A stretch of 64,000 bases of DNA, from assembly GCA_041583775.1 (NCBI GenBank), contig JBFHFF010000005.1, forward strand, positions 43,988 through 107,987, read 5' to 3'. The stretch is from Candidatus Moraniibacteriota bacterium (GTDB lineage Bacteria; Patescibacteriota; Minisyncoccia; Moranbacterales; DUUL01). Positions 39,406 to 47,037 of the stretch are shown in pieces. Below the pieces are notes generated by a model, which was given only the letters and a program-made list of their open reading frames with translations, made no database searches and was not told the DNA's origin. The position numbers were made by a program, and so were the translations under genes. The stretch's first letter is position 1, and each line of letters opens with the position of its first letter.

Positions 39406-40089
39406 CTAATTTTTTAATTCCTTAAGTTTTTGATCCCACCACTCTTTTACAGCATTTACATGTGCCTTATGCCCAACTTTTCGGAAATACTCAAATTTCT
39501 CTTCAAAAACTTCATGATGTTTTTTTAAGTTTTCGGGACTTTGCAACGCCCACAATGAATGTTTTAGCTCCGCACTTTCTTTTTTCGCCAAGTAATCAAC
39601 TGGCAGGTATCTATTTGCCGATACATCAAAATCTATGGGCACCACTAGAAAATTATAATTTTTATCCAATATTTTTTTAGCAAGAACTTTGATTCGCTTC
39701 TCACGTGTTTGTTCGCAGAAGATGAAAAAATTGGCTTTTTTAACTTTTCTTTTCTGAATTATTTTATTACTGTTTAATAAATTTTCCAAAGTTGAAAGAG
39801 AATTGTTTTCTGGAATAAAAAGCCAATTTTTGGTTATCGGATTTAAAAATGGTCGTTCTTTGATAATAGCACTAAACAATTTTATCATTTCATCGGCTTC
39901 AGTGCGTTTGTATGGCTTTATCATATCTGTTTCGCCGCCACAAGTAATGATTATCGGTTTACTAATTTTGTTTTTTACAACAAAACCATAGATCTTGTTA
40001 AAGACCATTTTTAAATAAAAATTATAATTTTCGTCTTTCAAAATATTCTTAGGAACTCCGTACCCGAAAACTAAAAAAACATCATTCAT
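39406..40089 (-). CDS. DUF218/YdcF-like protein (first cassette)
   Basis: VFGYG, ITCGG, TEADEM and ENNSLSTLENL match the DUF218 motif pattern. Confidence 0.7.
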   Translation of the reverse strand: MNDVFLVFGYGVPKNILKDENYNFYLKMVFNKIYGFVVKNKISKPIIITCGGETDMIKPYKRTEADEMIKLFSAIIKERPFLNPITKNWLFIPENNSLSTLENLLNSNKIIQKRKVKKANFFIFCEQTREKRIKVLAKKILDKNYNFLVVPIDFDVSANRYLPVDYLAKKESAELKHSLWALQSPENLKKHHEVFEEKFEYFRKVGHKAHVNAVKEWWDQKLKELKN

Positions 40090-40117
40090 ATATTTGATAA
40101 AAAATTAGAACAATTTC

Positions 40118-40185
40118 GCACAACTCGTTAGTATCTGAACTTACTGTTGTATAATATACTCTACTTGTATGTTATACGAACTTTT
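40118..40185 (-). other. Candidate attI-like insertion site
   Basis: GTTGTGC core on the minus strand with no attC-like fold-back beyond it; direct repeats GTTAGTATCTGAACTT and GTTATACGAACTT; lies between the first cassette and the recombinase start. Confidence 0.55.
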
Positions 40186-40226
40186 AGTATAATGTAATTA
40201 TCGCTAATTCATGAGTTAAATATAGC

Positions 40227-41060
40227 ATGAATTCCATGAAGCTTCAAGAGTTGTTGCAAAAAATAGAAAACGAATTAAAATTGCGAAACTATAGTCACAA
40301 AACCATCAAGAGCTATCTTGGCTGCCTTTCGGATTATTTTAAATACATAAAAATCATCAAGAAAGATCCTGAAGTAGCGACTATCAAAAATTATTTACTC
40401 GAAAAACAGGAAAGGGGTCAATCCTCTCAAACCATCAATCTCCACCTCAATGCCATTAAATATCTTTATCGAGAAATTTTTAAAAATAATGTTCCAATAG
40501 ACATAAAATTTGCCAAAATATCCAATAAACTGCCCGTGATTCTGTCGCGCGGTGAAATTGGAAAAATAATCAATTCTATTACCAACAAAAAGCATCGTCT
40601 TCTTGTCTCTCTGTCATATGGCGCAGGCTTTCGAGTCAGCGAAACAATTAACTTGAAAATTAAAGATATTAATCCAGAAGAATTAACCATTCATATTAAA
40701 GAAGCAAAAGGCAAGAAAGATAGGCTGACTATATTTCCAGAAAAAGTACTGTCTAATTTGAAAGAAATTATCGCACTGCGCGACAAAAATGATTTTGTTT
40801 TTACTAGTAATCGTGGTGGAAAATTGACCCAGCGTTCAGCACAAAAGATTTTTGAAACTGCTTTGAAAAATGCCAATATAAATAAAGATGCAACATTTCA
40901 TTCATTGAGGCATTCATTCGCAACCCATCTCTTGGAAAACGGAACCGATGTGCGATATGTACAAGAGCTTCTTGGACATGCCAATATTAGAACGACTCAA
41001 ATTTATACTAAGGTAACTAATCCAGCTTTGCGAAAAATTAAAAGTCCACTTGATTTGTGA
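40227..41060 (+). CDS. Tyrosine recombinase (integron-integrase-like N-terminal domain, no IntI-specific insertion)
   Basis: LRNYSHKTIKSY and SSQTINLHLNAIKYLY in the N-domain; catalytic R (GFRVSE), K (KGKKDR), HSLRH, LGH and Y (QIYT) all present. Confidence 0.93.
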   Translation: MNSMKLQELLQKIENELKLRNYSHKTIKSYLGCLSDYFKYIKIIKKDPEVATIKNYLLEKQERGQSSQTINLHLNAIKYLYREIFKNNVPIDIKFAKISNKLPVILSRGEIGKIINSITNKKHRLLVSLSYGAGFRVSETINLKIKDINPEELTIHIKEAKGKKDRLTIFPEKVLSNLKEIIALRDKNDFVFTSNRGGKLTQRSAQKIFETALKNANINKDATFHSLRHSFATHLLENGTDVRYVQELLGHANIRTTQIYTKVTNPALRKIKSPLDL

Positions 41061-41207
41061 GGATTATATTCTAATACAAGGTTATTTATTACCTATATGT
41101 TAAATTTTGTTATAAAAAGTAAGAGACTCTTTCTTTATAAATCAAAAAAAGTTTGCTATACTGACTAGGTATTGGTTTAAAAAGTGAAGTTATGAGGATA
41201 GAAACAG

Positions 41208-41921
41208 ATGTATCAAATTAAAACAACACAATTTGAAGGCCCATTGAGTTTGCTTTTGGAGCTTTTTGAGAAGCAGAAACTTGATGTCACAAAAGTTTCT
41301 TTGGCCCAGGTTGCCGATGACTATTTGGCACATCTGGAAGATGGGAAGAATGCTGACTTGGCTAATCTTAGCGAATTTTTGTTGATAGCATCATCTTTAC
41401 TCTTGATTAAATCCAAGGCATTGTTGCCTCTTTTTGAGTTCTCTGAGGAAGAGGAAGAAGAAATTAAAGACCTAGAGGAGAGATTAAAAGAGTATCAAAA
41501 ATTCAAACAAGCGGCGGAGAGAATTGAACGAATTTATAAAATTGAAAGAGTTTGTTTCTCAAAAGAGCCTCAGAATAAACTTGAGACTGGATTTGTTTCC
41601 CCAGGTATCAATAAGGAAGAATTGAGAAATCTTTTTTTTAGTGTTTTAAAAGAAATTCCAACAAAAAAAGAGTTGGTAGAAGAGATAATGGAAGAGATTG
41701 TTAGTTTGGAGGAGAAGATGTTGCACTTGAAATATTCGATTGAGAAGCGTGCTAGAGTAGCTTTTACAGAAACAATTGCTACAGCAAAAGATAAAATTGA
41801 AGTTATAGTGACTTTTTTGGCGATGCTTGAAATGATTAAACAAAAAACACTTGTTGTTTCACAAAAGGAATTATTTGGAGAGATTATGATGGAATCTAAG
41901 AGGGCGGATATAATAGCGTAA
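41208..41921 (+). CDS. scpA: Segregation and condensation protein A (kleisin)
   Basis: FEGPLSLLL, IKSKALLP and VTFLAMLEMIK motifs. Confidence 0.93.
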   Translation: MYQIKTTQFEGPLSLLLELFEKQKLDVTKVSLAQVADDYLAHLEDGKNADLANLSEFLLIASSLLLIKSKALLPLFEFSEEEEEEIKDLEERLKEYQKFKQAAERIERIYKIERVCFSKEPQNKLETGFVSPGINKEELRNLFFSVLKEIPTKKELVEEIMEEIVSLEEKMLHLKYSIEKRARVAFTETIATAKDKIEVIVTFLAMLEMIKQKTLVVSQKELFGEIMMESKRADIIA

Positions 41922-42009
41922 GTTAAGAGTTGATGATGAGTCGTTGTGGTTTTGTAAAGGTGATAAATAATTAGATAATAGAGTTAATTGGTATTTCTAA
42001 AAATGGCCT

Positions 42010-42570
42010 ATGAATGATAAATGTGCAAAAATTGAAGCAATTTTATTTGCTTGTGGTGATCCAGTTGATACCGGACGACTTGCAGATTTTTTAAAAATTT
42101 CTAAAAAAGAAATAGAGGCAGAGATTGCCAACCTAAGAGATGCCTATACTGATGGTAAAAGTGGCTTGCAAATTATAACCAAAGGAAATACAATTCAACT
42201 AGTGTCTAATAGTCGATTTGGAAAGGTTGTTGCAAGTTTTTTGAATAAAAATATAAATGAGCCACTAACGAAAGCTGCACTTGAAGTTCTCTCAATAATT
42301 GCATATCGGGGTCCTATCGCAAGGTCGCAAGTTGATTATATCAGAGGTGTTAATTGTAGTTTTATGATTCGTAATTTGGCGATTCGAGGCTTAATTGAGA
42401 AGGTTGAGAATCCCAACAGTACCCGTTCCTATCTATATAGCGTAAGCTATGATTTTCTTAAGAGTATGGGTATTGAAAAAATAGAGCAGTTGGCAGATTA
42501 TGAGATATTGAGTAAAACAGAGATTAATAATGTCACAATGAAGACAACTGATGAAGTGTCGGATAGATAG
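42010..42570 (+). CDS. scpB: Segregation and condensation protein B
   Basis: IEAILF, LTKAALEVLSIIAYRGPI and IRGVN motifs. Confidence 0.93.
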   Translation: MNDKCAKIEAILFACGDPVDTGRLADFLKISKKEIEAEIANLRDAYTDGKSGLQIITKGNTIQLVSNSRFGKVVASFLNKNINEPLTKAALEVLSIIAYRGPIARSQVDYIRGVNCSFMIRNLAIRGLIEKVENPNSTRSYLYSVSYDFLKSMGIEKIEQLADYEILSKTEINNVTMKTTDEVSDR

Positions 42571-42597
42571 TTGAGACTAAAGGAAAAAACAATAAAT

Positions 42598-43695
42598 ATG
42601 AAGTTTAAAAAAAGGGGAGTTTTGAGAAAAATAAGTTCGATGAATGTTATAAGCGCAGTGTTGATCGTGGTGTCTGTTTTGGTTTGGCTTGATTTTTTTC
42701 CAAATCTTTCAGTTTGGAAAACTGAGAGACTTGCAGCTTTTATGCCCAACAACTCTGATTTGGGAGAAAAAAGACAGCTTAATTTAGATGAGTATAACGA
42801 AGAACAGAACAAGGAAAATAAAGAGTTTATGACCTTTGACCAATTAGTCGTTTCTGTTCCTGATGCTCCAGTGAAGGTTCCAGAAGCTGGGGACACCTAT
42901 ATGCGAGCAAGAAGTGCGATTGCGATCGATGCCGATGCTGGGACGATTTTGCATTATCAAAACGGAAATAGGCGAATGGCAATAGCCTCTCTAACAAAAG
43001 TGATGACTGCAATTGTTGCCATAGAAAATATAGAAGACTTAAATAAGGAAGTTGTTACAATTGATGAGGAGATAAGGTTTACGGACGGAACCATTGTTGG
43101 ATGCCCCAGGAGTGGTTATTGTATTTCAAATAGATTGCAAATCGGTGAAAAAATCAGTGCCAGATCTTTGCTTGAGGCAATGTTAATGAACAGTGCAAAC
43201 GACGCTGCAGTTGCTTTAGGAAAACACATTTCTGGTTCTCAGGCTGAATTTGCAAAACTGATGAATAAAAAAGCTCGTGAAATTGGCCTAAGCGATTCAA
43301 ATTTTTGCAATCCCTCTGGTCTTGATGAGGAAAATAAACCTGGAGGTTGTTATTCAACCGCGTATGATTTTGCAAGAATTTCGGCATATGCATTGAAATA
43401 TCCTTTGATTTGGGAAATTATGAAATATGAAACTAAAGATATTAGTTCAATAGATGGTACAATATCTCATAAAATCATAAATACAGATCTTTTACTTGGT
43501 CAATTGCCAGATGTTGTTGGGGGTAAGACTGGTTTTACATATGAAGCCGGAAAATCACTTATGATGACAGCACATCACCCAGATGACCCTAGTAAGAAAG
43601 TAATAGTAGTTGTTCTCGATGATAATTATCGTTGGGAGGATATGAAGAAAATGTTTACTTGGGTTTTTCAAGCATATAATTGGCCAAAAAAATAA
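42598..43695 (+). CDS. D-alanyl-D-alanine carboxypeptidase (peptidase S11)
   Basis: SxxK (ASLTK), SxN (SANDAA), NPSGLD and KTG motifs. Confidence 0.92.
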   Translation: MKFKKRGVLRKISSMNVISAVLIVVSVLVWLDFFPNLSVWKTERLAAFMPNNSDLGEKRQLNLDEYNEEQNKENKEFMTFDQLVVSVPDAPVKVPEAGDTYMRARSAIAIDADAGTILHYQNGNRRMAIASLTKVMTAIVAIENIEDLNKEVVTIDEEIRFTDGTIVGCPRSGYCISNRLQIGEKISARSLLEAMLMNSANDAAVALGKHISGSQAEFAKLMNKKAREIGLSDSNFCNPSGLDEENKPGGCYSTAYDFARISAYALKYPLIWEIMKYETKDISSIDGTISHKIINTDLLLGQLPDVVGGKTGFTYEAGKSLMMTAHHPDDPSKKVIVVVLDDNYRWEDMKKMFTWVFQAYNWPKK

Positions 43696-43696
43696 A

Positions 43697-44797
43697 ATGA
43701 ATATTGCACAAATTCAAACACTTCCCGAGGTTTTAGTGGCTATTAAAATTTTGACTCTGGCATTAGCTTCATTTGTTTTGGCTATGGCACTTACACCAAT
43801 TCTGGCACATTTTTTATATAAATATAAAATTGGAATCCGCATTAAAAGTAATTCGGTTTTAGGAGATAAACTTTCTGTTGTTAGTAAGTTGCATGCTCAC
43901 AAGGGTGGTACTCCAACTATGGGCGGTATTTTAATTTGGGGTACAGTTTTTATTTTGGCTTTTGTGATGTATTATTTGGCGCCATTTCTTTCAGAAAAAC
44001 TACAAACAGTTTGGATTGGAAGATTGGATTTTGTAAGTAGAAGTCAAACCTGGTTACCTTTGTTAGCTCTTGGTACAACAGCGATTTTAGGACTTGTGGA
44101 TGACTGGATGAGTATTCGAAGGATTGGTTCAAATAAAGGTGGGGGGATGAGATTTGCTTGGCGACTGATTTGGCTTATAGGCATCTCTTTGGTTGGAGCC
44201 TGGTGGTTTTATAATAAGCTTGGATGGGATACATTTCACATTCCAGCAATTGGAGATTTTGCTATTGGTTTTTGGTATATTCCTTTATTTGTTTTTGTGA
44301 TTGTGATGACGGCAATCTCTTCAAATGAAACGGATGGACTCGATGGTTTGAATGCCGGAATTCTAGGACAAGCATTCACTGCATTCGCAATTATTTCAGT
44401 ATTTCAAGGGAGAATGAATTTGGCAGCTTTTTGCGCTGTGATTGCAGGTGCAACTTTTGCATTTTTGTGGTTTAATTTTTATCCAGCGAGGTTTATGATG
44501 GGAGACACGGGGGCAATTTCCTTGGGTGCAACCCTTGGGGTCGTCGCACTTTTGACCAACTCGGTCGTCGCACTCCCTTTTATTGTTAGTGTGTATTGTT
44601 TTGAATCAATTTCTGTTGCGATTCAACTTATTTCAAAAAAGTTTTTCAAAAAGAAAGTTTTTTTAGCAGCACCAATTCATCATCATTTTGAAGCCAAGGG
44701 TTGGCACGAAACAAAAGTGACTGTGAGGTTTTGGATTATCAATGCTGCGATAGGGCTTATTGGACTGTTGATTGGAATTATTGGCTCTGGTGGTTAG
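43697..44797 (+). CDS. mraY: Phospho-N-acetylmuramoyl-pentapeptide transferase
   Basis: KGGTPTMGG, GLVDD, NETDGLDGL, MGDTG and APIHHHFE motifs. Confidence 0.95.
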   Translation: MNIAQIQTLPEVLVAIKILTLALASFVLAMALTPILAHFLYKYKIGIRIKSNSVLGDKLSVVSKLHAHKGGTPTMGGILIWGTVFILAFVMYYLAPFLSEKLQTVWIGRLDFVSRSQTWLPLLALGTTAILGLVDDWMSIRRIGSNKGGGMRFAWRLIWLIGISLVGAWWFYNKLGWDTFHIPAIGDFAIGFWYIPLFVFVIVMTAISSNETDGLDGLNAGILGQAFTAFAIISVFQGRMNLAAFCAVIAGATFAFLWFNFYPARFMMGDTGAISLGATLGVVALLTNSVVALPFIVSVYCFESISVAIQLISKKFFKKKVFLAAPIHHHFEAKGWHETKVTVRFWIINAAIGLIGLLIGIIGSGG

Positions 44798-44854
44798 AAG
44801 AGATGCTGTTTGAAAATTCTGAATAGATAATTTTAAATAAGTAAAATAAGTAAA

Positions 44855-45799
44855 ATGAAATCAAGGGAGAAAAAGTTGTCGATTGTTGTGCCGATATATA
44901 ATGAAGGTGAAAATGTTGAGAATCTACACGCAGAAATTTTTTCAGCAATTAAAAAAAATAATCTTAAAGCAGAGATTATCTTTGTTGATGATGGTAGCAG
45001 TGACAATACAATTGAGCTTGCAAATAAACTTAAGCCATTAAAAATAATTCTTTTTAGGGGTAATTTTGGGCAAACCGCAGCTATGGATGCTGGAATTAAG
45101 GCTGCAAAAGGTGATGTAGTTATCACAATGGATGGTGATTTGCAAAATGACCCCAATGATATACCGTTACTTTTAGATAAAATGGATGAAGGTTTTGATG
45201 TCGTTTCTGGTTGGAGAAAGAACAGGAAGGATCCTTTTATGAAAAGATTTCTTTCGAGAGGCGCTGACAAATTGCGTAAAATTTTAGTTGATGATCAAAT
45301 AAATGATAGTGGGTGCTCGTTAAAAGCTTATAAAGCAGAATGTTTTGAAGGACTTGATTTATATGGTGAGATGCATCGGTTTATCCCAGCTCTTTTGAAA
45401 ATTAAAGGTTATAAAATCGGGGAAGTAGTGGTAAATCACAGACCAAGAGTTGCTGGTGTGACAAAATATAACTATAAAAGACTTGCAAAAGGACTTTTGG
45501 ATTTAGCGGGTGTTTGGTTTTGGCGTAAGTATGCAAATAGACCATTACATCTTTTTGGTGGAATCGGTGCCACTTTTGTATTAATTGGAAGTGGTCTTTT
45601 GTTCTGGATGGCAATTGAAAAGGTTGTGTTGGGAGGCTCAATTGGTGAGCGAATATGGCCAATTATTGGAGTTCTGTTTTTGATTTTGGGAATTCAATTC
45701 TTTGTTTCAGGTGTGATTGCTGATATTGCTGTGAAGACTTATTATACAACCAAAAAAGAGACAGTCTATTTGATTAGAGAAGTGATTGAGAACGAGTGA
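44855..45799 (+). CDS. GT2 polyprenol-phosphate glycosyltransferase (ArnC/DPM1-like)
   Basis: VPIYNE, VDDGSSD, NFGQTAA, MDGDLQNDP, MHRFIP and two C-terminal TM segments. Confidence 0.9.
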   Translation: MKSREKKLSIVVPIYNEGENVENLHAEIFSAIKKNNLKAEIIFVDDGSSDNTIELANKLKPLKIILFRGNFGQTAAMDAGIKAAKGDVVITMDGDLQNDPNDIPLLLDKMDEGFDVVSGWRKNRKDPFMKRFLSRGADKLRKILVDDQINDSGCSLKAYKAECFEGLDLYGEMHRFIPALLKIKGYKIGEVVVNHRPRVAGVTKYNYKRLAKGLLDLAGVWFWRKYANRPLHLFGGIGATFVLIGSGLLFWMAIEKVVLGGSIGERIWPIIGVLFLILGIQFFVSGVIADIAVKTYYTTKKETVYLIREVIENE

Positions 45800-45821
45800 G
45801 TTGATTTTAATTTAAAAAAAT

Positions 45822-45858
45822 AAACCCCTGCTTCCTTTAAGAATGGAAGCAGGGGTTT
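45822..45858. terminator. Bidirectional terminator
   Basis: AAACCCCTGCTTCC...GGAAGCAGGGGTTT between convergent genes. Confidence 0.8.
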
Positions 45859-45885
45859 TTGTTTGACTGGGCAATGCTTTTGGGA

Positions 45886-46383
45886 TTATATTTTCTTAAT
45901 TCCAGCAAACCAAAACCGTGGATGGTATTCTGATAACAGAATGTTTTTGTGCAGACTTAGTAAAGGTGACTCATTAAATTCAAAGGCGATTTGAAACCAA
46001 TTGCCTTTAGCGGTTTTCCAGTGGCTACAATTCGGAAAGAATTTGAGGAGCTTTATAAAAATTTGATTTACAAGCATTAAAGAATATGGATCAGCTGGAG
46101 ATAATCCTCTTTTTTTAAATTCTTTGGTTAAAAGAAAATCGTTGATGTGTTCTTTTTCTTTAAAAAGGTTAAAAAAACAAATTTCCACCTCTTTGCCCTC
46201 CCCTTTGGGCATTGTTGTGAGAGCGCCAGGATCGCTAATGAAAGCGATACCGCCAATTTTTTTCCAGGAATCAATTAATTGTCTTTCGTTGATAGTCCTG
46301 ATATTTGTTGGGAGTTTGATGATTATTTGCTTGTCATTACCTTTTACATTTTTCAATCCAAATTCTATGACAGTGTTTTCCAT
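45886..46383 (-). CDS. Hypothetical protein
   Basis: ATG at 46383 preceded by AAGGAGGT; ends WFAGIKKI; no family recognised. Confidence 0.7.
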   Translation of the reverse strand: MENTVIEFGLKNVKGNDKQIIIKLPTNIRTINERQLIDSWKKIGGIAFISDPGALTTMPKGEGKEVEICFFNLFKEKEHINDFLLTKEFKKRGLSPADPYSLMLVNQIFIKLLKFFPNCSHWKTAKGNWFQIAFEFNESPLLSLHKNILLSEYHPRFWFAGIKKI

Positions 46384-46602
46384 AGAATACCTCCTTTTAC
46401 TTTGCCCAGTTTTTAATATTAACTCAAAGAACAAAAATATCTTGTGTAATCTATAATAAATCTTTTTGTTTGTCAATGAATGCGTTGTGTTTCTCTCTTG
46501 AAAAACCAACAAGAATGGACTATACTGTATTTGGAATACTTTCAAAATTAGAAAGAAAAAAGAAAGTGAAATTGCTTGTTTAAAAATAAATCACATAAAC
46601 AA

Positions 46603-46989
46603 ATGTCGATAGGAGCATTTCTATGGGGAATGCGGCTTCTTATGTTGGTTGGATTCATAGGAGCTGTTGGAATGATTTTTTCAATTACTCCATATTTTGA
46701 TGTAAAATCATTTGAAGCAAATTATTTTATAATAAGTTTGTTTTATTTATTTTTGTTTATGTTTATAATGGGAATGTTTTCATTGTTGCTATTTCGTCTT
46801 AGAGGGGAAGTGCAAGCCGATGATGAAATAAGGACAAACGCGGGTGTTTCATTTAGACAAGGATTTTTTTTGAGTTTAATGGTGTTGGGAATTTTAATTT
46901 TGCAAAGTTTTCGGATTTTAGTTTGGTGGGATGGCCTTTTGGTTGTCGGAGCAGTTTTGGTTGCAGAATTATATTATTTAACTAGGTAA
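46603..46989 (+). CDS. Small 4-TM membrane protein
   Basis: Four hydrophobic segments and SFRQG; directly upstream of gyrB. Confidence 0.75.
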   Translation: MSIGAFLWGMRLLMLVGFIGAVGMIFSITPYFDVKSFEANYFIISLFYLFLFMFIMGMFSLLLFRLRGEVQADDEIRTNAGVSFRQGFFLSLMVLGILILQSFRILVWWDGLLVVGAVLVAELYYLTR

Positions 46990-47037
46990 TCGAATTGAAA
47001 GTTTTATTTAATAAAAAGGGGAATAATAAAAAGAAAA

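Larger units (their letters stand above)
33711..41060. mobile_element. Integron-like island: tyrosine recombinase plus a divergently oriented cassette array
   Basis: Co-oriented minus-strand genes separated by AAC...GTT fold-back sites; recombinase on the opposite strand; interrupts a + strand core region between the MFS gene and scpA. Confidence 0.8.

Noticed and set aside
36204-40124. Cassette-flanking inverted repeats as IS or MITE ends
   Set aside because: No transposase, no target-site duplications seen, and each repeat pair has a different sequence.
40137-40185. LexA (SOS) box in the recombinase promoter
   Set aside because: GAAC and CTGT half-sites are present, but there is no correctly spaced GAAC-N4-GTTC or CTGT-N8-ACAG.
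40227-41060. Recombinase as housekeeping XerC/XerD or a prophage integrase
   Set aside because: No phage genes nearby, the N-terminal domain is integron-integrase-like, and it adjoins a cassette array; not fully excluded without a phylogeny.
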